Shown here piece by piece: positions 38,221 to 51,862 of a DNA stretch of 64,000 nt. The DNA lies in NCBI GenBank assembly GCA_050273025.1, contig CP158635.1, positions 26,164,001 to 26,228,000 of the forward strand. Direction: 5' to 3'. This DNA is from Cenococcum geophilum (Eukaryota). The notes beneath the pieces were generated by a model that did no database searches, was not told where the DNA came from, and was given only the letters and a program-made list of their open reading frames with translations. The position numbers and the translations under genes were made by a program. Numbering within the stretch: position 1 is the stretch's first letter; each line of letters begins with the position of its first letter.

Positions 38221-41200
38221 GTTGCGGAGTTCTTCCTCTTGGAATCGCGACAGCTTTCCTCGCGTTCAACCTGTAGTTGTTACAGGAAAAGAAAAGGACC
38301 GCTGAGCGCCAGGAGCGGGTGGCGGTGGATGAAATAAAGCTCAAGCTTATCCACCCAGATTGAAATACGAAGAGCTCAAGCAGAGTCCAGGGCGCGGTAA
38401 TTAAATTGGATGTCGGATGTCGCACTCCAGACAAGTCGGGGGTGGTGCGCAGGGGCAGGACTTTATATTTTGGATCAGCAGGTTGACAGTTTGGTGCAAC
38501 CCTAGTACTGGGTGCTGCGTCGAGAGCTGGGCGGCGCGCGATAGGTGAAGCTGTCCGCAAGGGTCAATGCGCGGGTCTGCAGGGGGGTTTGTTGGTCGGC
38601 AGCGCCGCGCCTCGTTGATGTGCAGGTCTCGCAGGTTGTGGAAGGGCCAAGTGTGTCTACGGAGCGAAAGGACAAGTGGAAGAACGAAGCGACCAGCCAC
38701 TGAGCGCCACGGGTGAAGGATTGCCCAAAACATTGCCTAAAGCCTGGACAGGAGGGATGTGATAAAGAATCACAACCGCTGGGGCAGGGCCAAGTCTAGC
38801 TCCTTCACCTATTACAGGTGCTGTGTTCCCGTCACAACGATCAACCGTCAATTAACTCAAGCCAGGCAAAGGGTGGTGAGCTGCACGGTCCAGCCTGCCT
38901 GTGGTGGCGTGCGATTTCTCCGCAAATGCCTGTTTTCAGACACGCCACAATCTTGAGAGGAGACGGACCTGCTCAGTGGCGAAGACGCGCCTCGAAAGCT
39001 TGAGCAGAGCCTCGTAGTCGGAGCCCGTCTCGCTACAAGAATTACAGGAAAATACCAAAAAAATAGGCGACTCTGGCAGAATAGCAATAACAGCTCTCTG
39101 CGGTCACGAAGTCACGATTTGGCTCTGTCAACAAGCTCTCGCCGGTTCATCGACGGCCATGGCTTCGGTAGCTGCCTGTTACGGCAGGCTTCTCGAAGAT
39201 AACAGAAGTTCTAGCGTTGTTCGCAATCCCCCGCTCTCTCAGCCGACTGGACCAGCGATATCCATGCTACCATGCCCGTCATGCAGAGCCTGCTCCTTGT
39301 CTTGCAAAACCAGCCCAGCCTCACCACCCTCCACGCTCCCTCCAACCACAACGACAGGAAGGAGAAAAATGGAATACGAAATCGCCTTCTAGTGGTGTTC
39401 CATGCATGTTCTGTATCTCTTTCGTATCTCTTCTCCATCTCCTACCTAGCCGGGGAAGAACCGACGCTAGGTCTCGGGAAGTGCGCTTAGCTCTCGCACT
39501 GCCCGAACGCCCACCAACGCTGTGTCCCCATGCTCACCTGCCTGATTGGGGCCGCTGCGAGAGCGATCCCCGCTGTCAACCTCACCACCAGTCCACTCAA
39601 TCACACGGATTCAGCCCCAGCCCAGCCTTGCGGCCAAGTGCAGCACGCCATCCTCGAAGCGCCTGTTATGGGCTCAAAGCGCTCTATGACGAAGGCAGTA
39701 TCTGAACCCGTACAGGGCTTGGTAACTAAGGTGCTAAGACACCAAGATACACATTTGAGGCTTGGTAGTTAGGTAGAGGCTTGAACGAGCGATACGCGAG
39801 TTTTTTTGTCCTTGTCTCGAGAGCCACCGAGCGAGGGCCACAGCACAAGGCAGACTGCTCGTTCTCTCCCTCTCACCAGCACACAGAAAACCCGTCAAAT
39901 AATCTCACAGCATCTCTTCCGTATTCTCTAACCACCAACCCCCGCCATACCTATCTGCACATAGCCATCAACTATTACCCCATCCCATCCTATTACCATG
40001 TAAACCCCTCACCTTCGCCATGCTCCTCTTCACTCTGCTTACGCCAGCAAAACCAACCCAGCCGCATCGTGCGACCCGCCGAATTGAAAAACCGTCCGCG
40101 TGTGGCAATCCGCTGCAGACCACCTGATCTACGCCTCGCATAGCCAGCCACCACCAGCCGGTAAAGAAAGCAAAAATGGCGGGGGTTTCTGCATGAAATT
40201 CCCCAGCCAGATTCTCAACTGCCGTTTCGTTTTCTGCTTCGAGTACTTTCCACCTTGCTGGTCCTGTCCCTTGCCCCTTCCTGCATCCTGCTCTTCGCCT
40301 CTGTCCTCCCTCTCCACACTCCCTTACTCTCCCTCGCCTCCCCTTAAACCGACGTAAAGCGCACCGAGCCCGTTTCCGTGTAGATTGTGCTGTTGTATTC
40401 GCAGCAGCAGCAACATCATCAGCAGCAGCCGCGAATCTCGCCATTCCCTCTCGCCGCCGCCACTTTCCTAGGCCCGCTCAACAGGTACCCAGCCAAACCG
40501 CCATCGCAAACAGAAAAACAGTAACCGAGCCCCCATTTACCCGTGGGCCCGGCTCACAAATTCCCTCTACGATCAGCACCGAGCACGGCAACCCCGTCTT
40601 GGGTCCCCCCCTTTCCAGTCCCCCGTCCAAATACGCGGCTTAGGTCACATCGGCCCTGATCCCAGCGCCCCCTGCCCTCGGCAAATCAGGATTGGCCAGG
40701 CGGGGCCAACCCTAACCGTTTGCCCTACCCGCATTCCGCAGGTAGAGCCGTTGTGCGCGAAGAAAGAAGGCGGGGGGAGATGGGCCGAGATGGTGATGGG
40801 GATCGCGGGCGCCGCCGCAGGTAGCCCAGAGACCAGGAAACTGGCACTTCTGCCGCTTCCGCTGTGTTCTCTGCACGAAATCGTCCCGGGAGATGGAGGA
40901 GCCGCAGGGCAGATTCATGTAGGTGGGTAGGTATTGTAACCTTTAAAAAACAATTGGGCGCTCTCGCACTCGTTCGTACATATAGAGGAGGGGACAAAAA
41001 AAACATTACATAGTTTATTTTTTTGGTAGCTGTAAAACTTGTCGAAACTTGTGAACTAAGTAGCTGCTACGAATTTTTGCCCTATTGAACCCACAACCCA
41101 GATATGTAATCCCGCAATAGTAATCTTCCACGACTTTGTTTTCCAACGAAACGCTTCCTAGCAATTCAATTCCCTCCCAGCCCCGTCCCTTCCATCCCCT

Positions 41201-41851
41201 CGAAGTCGTAGAACCAAAGTAGCTGAATCAAATTCCCGTTCCCCACCCCCAATACCCAGCAGGGTTTACACGAAAAAGAGCACAAAGAGAAAAAATAGAT
41301 TAGGAAGTAAATGTATTCCGTAATTGCACGTCACATGAGCAGCTACCCCATAAAGGAGCGAGAGAGAAAAGACGCCCTCGAGGCGTTCCGTGACGCGCTT
41401 TTGCTCCATGAGCCGTTTTATTTTCTGCAGCTAACCAAGCAAGGAGTGGTGTGGGAAACAATGAGCTGTTTTCGGGACGAAAGGGGGGCAGGCAAGGATA
41501 GCCCTCCCAAGGTTTGAGTTCCCAGCAAATTTGTGCGATGTGTAGTGTGGCCGCATTGAGTTTAGGGAGTTTGCCGAGCAGTGGGCTGATTTTTGGACGA
41601 CAAGGCGTATTTTGTGTGGGCCGACCGCTTCATCGAGGCGAAGGCGTGCTTTTGACTAACGTATTTTTGAGTGTGCTGTGCTGTTGATATCGAACATCGC
41701 CGGAGGCTTTTCGCAGTAAGGCTTCGTATTCAAGTGCCGGGGCCATCGTGGTTAGGATGGCTCCGAGCTTGTCCGCGAAGACTGTGCTGCAGAGTGGTCT
41801 GGTAACGTTTCAAGACTGCCAGGGCGGAGGACATATCTCGCGCACATTGCA

Positions 41852-44800
41852 TCAGTCGTAACTACCTAAGCCTCCAATCTGGCTCGCAAAGGCTGTCGAC
41901 ACGCTGCGTACGTCATCGTCGTCGAACCCACCGAGTCCGCGCACCCCACGCGCGCCGCCGAAGCCTACAGGAAGATTGTCGTTGCGTCCGTTCGACTCGA
42001 CGTAGCGTTTCAGACGGTCGGACTGGCTGAGAGAAGCGGGTTTGCTGAGGTCGTTGAGGCTAAGGCCTGCAAGGCTGACGCCACCCTTTGTATCGGCGAT
42101 GCTGCTCTTCGTGTCGGTGATTTCGCTCGCTGCGATAGACTCGCCCGCTACGCTGCTGGCAACACCATTGCCTTTCGCCTTCGGTCCAGGACCACCACGA
42201 CCGCCGGGTAGCGTCGGCCAGGTTTCAGTGAAGCCAGAAAACATTGGAGGATAGTTGGATGAGACACCAACACCGCCGAGAGCCGAAGAGTGGACCGAAG
42301 ACACGTCGTCGGGAATATAGCCGACAATGGAACCGTTATCATTGTACTCCTGACGGGGAGGCTTACCGTTCACACCCGGGCGCCCAGAGGTCATGTTGGA
42401 GGCGTGTTGAAAAGCCATCTGGTAGCGTTGCGGGCCACGGTAGCTCTGCTTCGGGCGGCTGAACTGGAGGAGGGAAACTTGAAGGTTGGACAGCGGGCCT
42501 TCGACGAGGCAGTTGCGCTCCTTGAAGTGCAGGAGTAGGTAGTGCCACAGCGGATGCTTGGACAGGACCTTGGGGTTTCCGAGAATGACGAGGCCATACT
42601 TGGCTCGGGTAAGGGCGACGTTGAGACGGCGAGGGTCACTCAAGAATCCGATACCCTGGTGGTCGTTGGAGCGAACGCAGGAAAGAACAATGAAATCCTT
42701 CTCACGGCCCTGGAAAGCATCAACGGAAGCAACCTCGATCTCCTTGTAATTCTCTTTCTTGAAGCTTCCAGTTGCTTGCATCGAACTGACGACGTAGCTA
42801 CGTTGGCCTTCGTAGGGCGTGATGATACCAATGTCCTGTGGCTGAACACCGGCCTTGAAGAACCTAGTGACAATCTTCTCCACGTTGGAAGCTTCTGTAC
42901 GGTTGAGATACGAGGTACCAGAAGCCGAAATTTCCTCATTACCCAAGTTCGACCAGAACATCATAGGAGAATCTGCCACCGGCCAGGGGAAGTCAACATC
43001 ACGGCGAAGACGCTGTTGCATGGTGACTCCGTTCTGTAGGGAACCTTCGTAGAACATGTTGGACGGGAATTCTGACAAACACGGGTGCATGCGATACTGC
43101 ACCTGAAGTCGGATCGGCGCACAGCCCAGGATGACCAGACGTTCGAACAGGGACTGATTTAAGCCCGCTTTTGCTGCTTTCTTGTTCATGATGACGGGCC
43201 CCAACTGCTGGTGGTCACCGACCAGAACGACCTGCTTGCACCCCAACACGAGCGGAATCATGCATTCAGGTTCGGCGGATTGAGTGGACTCATCGATCAA
43301 AACTGTGCGGAACTTTAGTTTGGCAAGACGAGGGTCACCTGCACCAACGCAGGTGCAGCAAATAACATCGGCGTTATTGAGAATCTCGCGCTCCGCTGCT
43401 CGGGTCAGTTGCTTGAACTTCTTTTCATCCTGGCTGGACAGTTCTCCGAGTTCACTCTTCAGTTGATTGAGCTTGTTCAACTCCACGTTGGTATCGTTCA
43501 TCCGGACTTGCTCATGGAGAGAGAGAAAGCCGACTGGAGATTCAACATCTTCCCTAGACTTTGCGGTAACACGGACAGTCTTTAGGCCGGTACGGTGGAT
43601 TCGTTCGCAAAGCTGATCGACAGCGACGTTGGAGGGTGCGCAGACCAAAACTTGGCCTTGGCTGATCTTGGCCAAATGATAGATGATCGTAGCAGATGTG
43701 ACGGTTTTGCCGGTACCAGGTGGACCTTGGATCAAGCTCAGGGGCTTCTGGAGGACACTCTTGACCGCATTGATCTGACTGCCGTTCAATTCTGGAAGTC
43801 CGGGAACGCTGAATTTTCGGGGTAATTGAGTCTTCATCGGCGCAGCGGCAACCTCGTGCCCTAGAAGGCGGTGAAAGATATACCCCGAAACGCTCATTTC
43901 GTCAATAGCAAAAGTTTTCATAGCATGCTGCATACGGTCGAACGAGGTGGCCTTCCACACGTAATCCGCGCTGAAGTTGTGCGTACATTCCGTCGGCACT
44001 GACTTGTGATCGCCTTTTGTGCGCAATTCAATGGTGACCTCGTCGGACTGGTTGTTCGGGATCTTGATGACATAACCAACACCCTCCCAATGCGGACGGA
44101 GCTCTCCAGTATATCTAAGGCGCATTTCATCGCCAACAGCGAGCTTAACGTCGCCTAATTCGAGTTTTGGAAGAACGAAGCTGGCAAGATGCTTGTTGTT
44201 CAGGCCAAAATCCCAACGAACGACGAGCTGATCCTGAGATTGTGATTCCTTGAGCTTACGGTCATAGTCTGCTTCGATCTTGACCAAAGGACCAAAGACG
44301 TTTTGGTATTGATAAGCGTCATCGTAGCGGAGAAGCACCGGCGCAAGCTCATCATCCTGACCGGCACCCTTTTCGAGGTCTGCGATTGTAGCGTTGGCAT
44401 TATCCTTCCATAGTTCTTCCAATTTAGCAATCATTTGCGGGCTCAGGTGACGAGCACGCAGTTGTTCCTGATCTGAAGGAGGTGAAACGAGCCAGGAAAG
44501 AAAAGAGCGATCCTCGATGAGTGGCTGCCAGCGCGACGTATCCCAGTTCATATCTTTTTGGGACGGCATCGCGGCGCATGGCTGGCGACAGAGGAGCACG
44601 ACCACAGTATCAGATTTAGCGGGAATGAAACCAAGCAGGAAAACATTCTTGGTGCCGCAGTTGTAGCACTCCAGGACGGTATCTCCTAGCGATGAAAGAG
44701 GGTGGAGTTGGACTTCCTTGTGGCGAGCTCGGACAAGGTGATTGATAATATGGGACGAAGAGGTGTTGCCGCGGGCGCTGCAGAACCATTTATTGCAAGA

Positions 44801-45191
44801 GAGACATTTGACGACGCTACTAGCGTTGTGGATTCCGCAGTACCTAGATAATCGAGTATATTAGTATCAGTCATATAAATGAGGAAAAAATCCAAAGACA
44901 GCTCTCGGGGCAGACTTACGCGCAAGCGTGGGGGGGGAGTTCGACTTCCTCTTCCGCCTTCATCCCAGCCTTGCCGTTGACGCCGTCTACAGCCATGCTG
45001 GCCATACTCTCCATATCATCATCATCATAGACATCTGTTTCCTCGTCGTCATCTACTCTCCGCCTACGGGAACCGGTGAGGGTGCTCCGGCCAAGGTCTC
45101 CATCGAGAATACTTTCATCATCGCCAGCGTTAATCGTGGGCGCCGAATCCGAGACCAAGTGGTTGCCCATATGAGTGAAAGCGCCCTCCAT
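41852..45191 (-). CDS. UPF1: nonsense-mediated decay helicase Upf1/Nam7, 2 exons
   Basis: CH domain HACA|YCGIH (intron 44844-44919), [48 protein letters not shown]. Confidence 0.98.
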
Positions 45192-45603
45192 GGCGGGCTG
45201 CAAAGCTTCGGGGTGAGCTCTAGCAGCTGTTTGCGGGTTATAAAAGTCAAGGAAATTTCCCAAGGATGGTGAAAGTTAAGGCGGACAAGGCCAGCCTCGT
45301 AAGGAATGTTCGAGCAGCAGCTAAGCCTGATGAGTGAAGGGTAAGGCGAAGAAGATTAGGTAAGCTCTTCAAACCATCTCCAGCCTGGTCTGAAGGCGCG
45401 ATATGAGGAAGATGGGAGTGGTTGTGCGGTTTTTGATGGCGAAACTAGGGCAGGTACAGCCCACTCGCTGCAGGTGATTTGTCGGTTATCTCGCGGCTTG
45501 GCATTAACGATTTTTCGATGTCTAGCTAACTAGGAATTCACCTCCACCAAATCCCCAGAGCTACGCAACCCACGACTTTTCCTCACAGTCTCAACCTATA
45601 ACC

Positions 45604-46538
45604 ATGATAGTAAGGAATCCTTCACGTATCTTCAACATGACCTCTCTAACACTTCTCAGCGTCGCCAAGCTCGCGAACGCCGCGATTACCTCTATCGCCG
45701 TGTCAACACTTTACGGGATGCTGAACTCGCATCCAAACGCTCCGCCCTCAAAGCCTCTCTTGCTTCTGGAAAACCTCTCGACCCTTCAATAGCAAACGAC
45801 AAGGCTCTCAGGACTGATTTTAAATATGATGAATCACGTGCCGACCGCACCGTAGAGGAGGAATTGGCTTTAGATGATGAATATGCCCAGCTTTCTGGCG
45901 TTGTTGACCCGCGCATCCTGGTTACCACATCACGAAATCCTTCTTCACGTCTATCTTCTTTCGCAAAAGAGATCAGACTATTGCTGCCGACCTCTATTCG
46001 CCTCAACCGCGGTAATCTCATTCTCCCGAATCTAGTCTCCAGTGCTCTAGCCTCAGGCCTCAGCGACATTATACTCCTACATGAGCATCGCGGCACTCCG
46101 ACTGCACTTACAGTTTCCCACTTTCCTCATGGCCCAACTGCCTCATTTTCGCTCCACAATGTTGTCCTGCGTCACGACATCCCGAACGCGGCTCGCGGCA
46201 CCGTCTCTGAGGCCTACCCTCACCTGATCTTTGAAGGCTTCACAACGAAACTAGGTCAGCGCACTGTCCAAGTACTCAAGCACCTCTTCCCGCCCCGTGA
46301 GGCCACGTCGAAAATCGGTAATCGGGTCGTGACATTCAAAAACATTGAAGATAGTATCGAAGTGCGGCACCACGTCTTTGTAAAAACCGGCTACCAGAGC
46401 GTCGAGCTGGCAGAAGTCGGCCCACGGATGACAATGCGGCTATTTGAGATCCGAGGCGGAACGCTCGACAACAAAGGCGACGTCGAATGGCACATGAACC
46501 AGTACACGCGTACAAGCAAGAAGAAAGAGTACCTATGA
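45604..46538 (+). CDS. IMP4: U3 snoRNP Brix-domain protein Imp4, 2 exons
   Basis: ATG ATA | intron 45610-45659 | gives MIRRQARERRDYLYRR; then DDEYA, ILVTTSRNPS, HEHRG, ELAEVGPRMTM. Confidence 0.96.
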
Positions 46539-48427
46539 GCTACTCCCCGCTGTAGAGAGGTACAGCCCAGTACATGCAGCTACCTTTGCATTACCAGCGG
46601 GACACTGCACAATTCATCCCAAATCCTCCTCGATTCTCCACTTTACCAGGATTACATATCATGGACCCTCTAATTCCTCAGGGTTGCTCGGGTATGTCAA
46701 TCTCTGCAAGCCATCGGGGGGGCCTGATCCGCACGTTGCAATAGTGAGGCGACACGCACACGACTCGTTTCTCGCATGCATACAGTCTCTCCTCTCTGAG
46801 CCCGGCCTTTCTCTCTTATGTTTTCCTTTTTCGCCCTGCAGTGCGGGGTGCAGGATGCATACACACACACATGTGCAGTTGCAAAATGGCGCACAGCACC
46901 GGACCCCCCGACTCCCCGCCTCTCTCCACACCTCACCCTCCCTCAATTTCCCCCTCGCGCAAAAACGAACCACTGTTCGCAGCCAGTCAGCCAGCCAGCC
47001 AGCCGCTCGGCCGGCAGGATGCCCAGACCAGGCCTTTTTCATTATTTTGAGTCATCCTTCCCCGCCGTCGCAGCGCTGGCTGTCAGCGCGACTCAGGACG
47101 TTCCCCGTATCCGCAGTAGTTTTTGTGGGTCTGCATCCTCTGCTGGCCCTCTGCTACGCGCCACGACGCGCTGCGGCTCGCGCGCTGCGGCTCACTCGCT
47201 GCGACTGTGCGGGTTTGCTCGGCCAAGGTTCGCCCTGGTTACCCCAGGCTCTGTGGGGATGACGCAGGCGGACGCAGCTCGTATATGTGCATCAGACTGT
47301 TTTGCTGCTGCTCCTGCTGCTACTGCCTGGCATGCCTGTTGCCACGCTCCATTGCGTAATCTATGTCTCCCCAGCGAAGTTCACTGGCGCACGCTCGCTT
47401 GTACATATACATATGCATTATATACCTTATCCCCTGCACCTATACATGACCGCATGGACCAGCGCGGAGCAGTCTGACAAACACGAAGCTGATGACGGAG
47501 GATAAGTACGAGGGATGATGGGCCAGGAAGGATGGGGGGAAGAATGGGGCAGGACACTGCAGCACGTCACAAGGCAAACACTTTTGCAAGCAAAGGCAAA
47601 AAGAGGTTCAGAAATGGTGAGATCGTCGGGGGGTCTCTTGGCCCGCCGAAACTAGGAGTCTTGTATTGAAACTACCTCTCTCTGTGCGCTGCGTGAGCGC
47701 CGCCAATAGCAAAAAATTTAGTAATCCATGATCCCATAGCCCATGGCCCGTTGGCCTGCGTTAAAATAGTGAAGAGAAAAGATGATTCCCCTAAAAGCCA
47801 AATGCAATCCACTTAGATGCCAGCATACATGATAGTGACGATGCAACGCGGTGCTGAGACCGGTAAGGAACAAAAACAAAATCCCGCCTAGAGGTCTTTA
47901 TCATGGCATCCATCCAAAAGGGCAAGCACAAAACCAGAGGGAAAAGTGAAATGAAATGAAACGAAATGAAACAGAAGGGGAAAATGAAAATAATAACAAG
48001 AGCAGAATGAGTGAGCTATCGAGGCTGTAAAGTCTATATAAGTTTCCCATATCCCATGGTACTCTGGTTCCCAGAAAAAGACATAAACTCCCGTTCCCTT
48101 TGCCCTCCGCCCTGCGCCCTGAAAACAGTCATGTCCGATCGGGGTATAAATCATTAGCGAATGAGTACGCATGAAAACGTGAAGCGCAGGATGATTGTAG
48201 TACAGATAGCCGCCCAGATTGGTGCCTCCCAGTGTGGAATGGCCGAGGGTGTTGGTTCCCAAACGGCATAGTTGTCATGAGAAAATGATTGAAAACCTCC
48301 CAAGGAAAACGTTCAAAATCCGAAAAGTGAAGAGGTAATATAGTACAAGAAAGGTGGTTCCCCTTCATGACGCAGTCGTTAAAGTCGAAGTGTCAGCGGA
48401 AGGGGGATTCACATCCACATGCCGCAG

Positions 48428-51400
48428 CTACTTCTCTATTGTGCTGCTGCGGCTGGCTGGTAGCAGCTCGCTGTCTTTCCGTTTTCTGCGCTGGCTTGGG
48501 GTGCGGCTGAATACTCGTTTGAAGAAATCGCCTTTGCCACCCTTTGATGTGAGATCTTTGACTGCCTCATTCAGCGGACTGGTCGGCTCAACCAATCCCC
48601 TAGGAACCAAGCTGCGATCCACCAGATGCTCGTCAACGGGCATATCTTCCATCTTCTTAATGCGGCAGAAGAGTGTCGAGAAGAGGTACTGCTCGCCATT
48701 GGCATCGAAGAGTGGGAGATGGCGGTAACCTTGCTGCAAGCTACTCAATTTCGCGGTGAAAGTGGCGAGCGGCGCGTTGTTGACGCTGCGTCCATCGATC
48801 GAGTTCCACACGGTCCAGCGCACGAAGACGAGACTAGGATACCGTGTCTCCAAAGTCATTGTGATGGTCTCTTTGAATTCTGGATTGTAGCCATTGGCTT
48901 CGATGATTTGTGTTCGTTTACGGAGTGGTGATCCGATACCTGAGATGCCATTCCGAGCAGAGGCATCCTGTCCGCCTACACCAGTCGCGAAACCGCGGCC
49001 TTTGTCCTCCGCACTGTACATCTCAAACTCGACATAAGGGTTGATGTTTGCATCCTGACTAAGGCCCTTGGGACGTGGAAGTTGCTGTGCGGAGATGATG
49101 TCGACAGAGAATTGGACCAGCTTCTTGGGCTTCTTTCTATGACCGCACATCGAGGCATCGTCGTAACGGAGCTCCTCAGGCTTGAGCACGTAGCCCATGC
49201 GATCGTTCCCAGCAGCAAACATAGCCTCATTGACTTGCTGTCCGGGATCATACGTTTGCCAGTTGAGCGCGGCCATTTGTACACCTCGGCGCCAGAACAT
49301 GATGGGGTCGAAGTTAGACGAGTTGATGCGATGAGCCGAAGGATACACACGCATCAAGCAGCGCGTGTTGTGTTCCTCCAGAAGCTCTTTGGTGTCATTC
49401 TCTGGTTTACAAAGCTTGTCGAAGGTGCGTTCGGCAAAAGAGAAGACGTGATTGTAGCTCATTGCATCTTCATTTTTGAAGTCCGAATACTTAATGCCCC
49501 GGGTGTAGACACCCAATTCTCCCAGTACCTTGACGATATTGCTGGTCTTCCTCTTTTTCTTCTTCTCGTCTGTCAGCACTTGCAGGCTGTCGCTATCTTC
49601 AGCAGAGCTATTTAAGGTTCCAGGAGTTGTAGCAGTGCCATTGGTGGAAGTGGTGGAAGTTCTTGGTGACGTCCAAAAGGACCCTGTACGGTCAGGGGGA
49701 CTCATGGACGGAGGGCTGGAGAGCAATGGCGAATTCGGAATGGCCGAGTTATCCAAGATGACAGGTCGTGACCAGGGTGAGCTAAAGCTGCGCTGCCGCC
49801 GAGCGGTTGTGATCTCGTTCGCAACAGCTTTCTCATCAGCATCTTCGGCAGCTGCCTTGACTTTGATAAGGATTTTGCCTTTTAACTCTTCTGGAGATGG
49901 AAGCACAACTGAGTCGCTGCACAAGGGTTCAAGAAGAAGCTGATCACCAAATTCCCTTTTCATAATATCACTCATGATAGCCTGCTGTTCAGGGTTGCAA
50001 TGAACCTCAAGCGAGATGATCAATGGGTAGGGCGATGAGACAAAGGCATACTTTGCGATGACTTTGATGGTATCAGCGAATAGGATGCTCTTGGTGAGGG
50101 TGCGGCCATGCATGACAATAGGCCTGCCATCGCTTCCATCCCAGCAGTCGATCTCTATGCAGCGACAGCCCTTCTGCAGAACGCTAATGTAAGCTTCTGT
50201 GCTGGATTCACCAGCCACTTGGCGACCAAGAAGATACGTGTTGTGAGAGCTAGAGACGAAATACTCATTGAGAGGTCTATCGAACTTTGGCTCTGATTGT
50301 GCAGGGGCAAAGCACGAGTTCGCAGAGGAGGAAAGGAAGGCTTGGAAAGCAGAAAAGCTTATGCTAAGAGGCATCGAGTCCGCGCTCGCTTGAGGTGGTG
50401 TCACTTTGGGTTTTGATGCACGAGCATATTTCTCGAATATATTGGTCCAGTAATCCAAGTCAGCATCCACATCCACCTCTTGGTCGTTCCTAAGGAAGGT
50501 GAAGAAGCCGCCCTTGTCGAGCTCGGAGTTATTTGATACTTTGATGGATTTGTGGATATGCTTAATGTCTTTGCGTTCTTTGAACCGTCTCACGAAATTT
50601 AAGAATTGTGCTTGGGTCAAAACGCCGGAGTGATTGCTGTCCGCCTTCTCAAAATGGGCACGGAGTGAATTCTCCGTGCAATTGATATGCAAACTTCGAC
50701 AGAGTTTGATGATACCTTGAAGACCCATAGTCTCTTCTTCCTCCAAGTGTTCGACGCCTTCAAACTTTTTGTCCATTGCACGTCGCCACACCAACTTGGT
50801 GGTCTTTTCGCCTGTCCCTACGAGTCCTGCCATCATATCAATTCGGCTCCGCGAGACAGACTCAAGCGTATTTGTCCAAAGATTGAAATGAAACTCGTCA
50901 GGGGCAATGAGATGCATGGTTTTGAAAGGGCGGCCTTTTGATCTATTGGGATCGGAGTAGATGATAGTAAACCAAAGCGGTTCCTTAGTTCTAGGAATCT
51001 GGAACTCCTCGCGATAGTTCCTGGCCTCCGCCCCAACGCGGATTTCTTTTACATCGTCAATGTAGAATTGTTTTGAAGGGCGGGAAGGATCCCAACAAAC
51101 TTTTGCGGACTCAAAGTCCAAACGAAACTTGATATTCTTCCTCTTCCTCCTCGTGATCTTGATGAGGAAAGTGCCTTGCTGGAGTATGGAGAACCGAATT
51201 GGTGCAAGTACACCTGCTTCGGACCCAGATCCAACGCTCGACCGGCTAGCAGCATTTCCAAGCCCATTGTTTGAATCATAGGTGGCATCGCCAAGATCTT
51301 CAATTGCCTCCTCATCACGAAATTCCAGCTCGAGATCTGAGATATCCATGCCGCTATCCGTAACACCCCGGCTGTCGCTCCTCCGCTTCATGATAACCGG

Positions 51401-51862
51401 ACCACAACTAGAATCTCGCTGAGCGTTGGACCCATTCCGGCGAAATTTGTTGGGGATCCCTTGGGCACCACGGGAGACTCTGCGCATCAAGCCTGGGCCC
51501 TTACCGAGCGCCTCAGCCATGAGAGATGGTGAAGATGTAGGTGGAGTGGTGCCTGGAGTAATAAGTACCGACTCTGGGAGAGCCAATGGGACAGGCACTC
51601 CGAACGGAGGGTTTGTGACTGGTAGGAGGCCTTCGGGTGTCGACTGTAGGGAGTTATTCGTGCCGGCTTGGGAGGGCGTAGAGGCCGGGCTGTTTCGAGA
51701 CAAGGAGGTGCTGGCAGCAGAAGCTGAGGTAGAGGTGATAATGAACTGTTTCGATGGGAGTCGAGCAAACGAGCCTTGCGGGGACGGGACCCGTGAGCGT
51801 CGGGGGCGCAGTTCGCCATTGAGGACTGGAGAAGCGTGGATGGAGATTGTAGGAGAGTTCAT
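48428..51862 (-). CDS. PLC1: phosphoinositide-specific phospholipase C (PH, EF-hand, X, Y, C2), single exon
   Basis: PLNEYFVSSSHNTYL, GCRCIEIDCWDG, PLIISLEVHC, LMRVYP, GVQMAALNWQTYD, GYVLKP, LQQGYRHLPL. Confidence 0.97.
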   Translation of the reverse strand: MNSPTISIHASPVLNGELRPRRSRVPSPQGSFARLPSKQFIITSTSASAASTSLSRNSPASTPSQAGTNNSLQSTPEGLLPVTNPPFGVPVPLALPESVLITPGTTPPTSSPSLMAEALGKGPGLMRRVSRGAQGIPNKFRRNGSNAQRDSSCGPVIMKRRSDSRGVTDSGMDISDLELEFRDEEAIEDLGDATYDSNNGLGNAASRSSVGSGSEAGVLAPIRFSILQQGTFLIKITRRKRKNIKFRLDFESAKVCWDPSRPSKQFYIDDVKEIRVGAEARNYREEFQIPRTKEPLWFTIIYSDPNRSKGRPFKTMHLIAPDEFHFNLWTNTLESVSRSRIDMMAGLVGTGEKTTKLVWRRAMDKKFEGVEHLEEEETMGLQGIIKLCRSLHINCTENSLRAHFEKADSNHSGVLTQAQFLNFVRRFKERKDIKHIHKSIKVSNNSELDKGGFFTFLRNDQEVDVDADLDYWTNIFEKYARASKPKVTPPQASADSMPLSISFSAFQAFLSSSANSCFAPAQSEPKFDRPLNEYFVSSSHNTYLLGRQVAGESSTEAYISVLQKGCRCIEIDCWDGSDGRPIVMHGRTLTKSILFADTIKVIAKYAFVSSPYPLIISLEVHCNPEQQAIMSDIMKREFGDQLLLEPLCSDSVVLPSPEELKGKILIKVKAAAEDADEKAVANEITTARRQRSFSSPWSRPVILDNSAIPNSPLLSSPPSMSPPDRTGSFWTSPRTSTTSTNGTATTPGTLNSSAEDSDSLQVLTDEKKKKRKTSNIVKVLGELGVYTRGIKYSDFKNEDAMSYNHVFSFAERTFDKLCKPENDTKELLEEHNTRCLMRVYPSAHRINSSNFDPIMFWRRGVQMAALNWQTYDPGQQVNEAMFAAGNDRMGYVLKPEELRYDDASMCGHRKKPKKLVQFSVDIISAQQLPRPKGLSQDANINPYVEFEMYSAEDKGRGFATGVGGQDASARNGISGIGSPLRKRTQIIEANGYNPEFKETITMTLETRYPSLVFVRWTVWNSIDGRSVNNAPLATFTAKLSSLQQGYRHLPLFDANGEQYLFSTLFCRIKKMEDMPVDEHLVDRSLVPRGLVEPTSPLNEAVKDLTSKGGKGDFFKRVFSRTPSQRRKRKDSELLPASRSSTIEK

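Noticed and set aside
40707..40717. CAACCCTAACC as a telomerase RNA template, with Sm-like ATTTTTG(G) motifs downstream (~41018, ~41073, ~41589)
   Set aside because: Explained equally well as a CTAAC branch point ~25 nt before a CAG acceptor. I could not identify a pseudoknot or CR4/5 domain, and the downstream part reads like the UPF1 3'UTR. An Infernal search with a fungal telomerase RNA model would settle it.
46659..47505. Several overlapping 100-220 aa ORFs between IMP4 and PLC1
   Set aside because: Low-complexity GC-rich sequence open on both strands, with no domain or coherent splice model; a non-coding transcript is not excluded.
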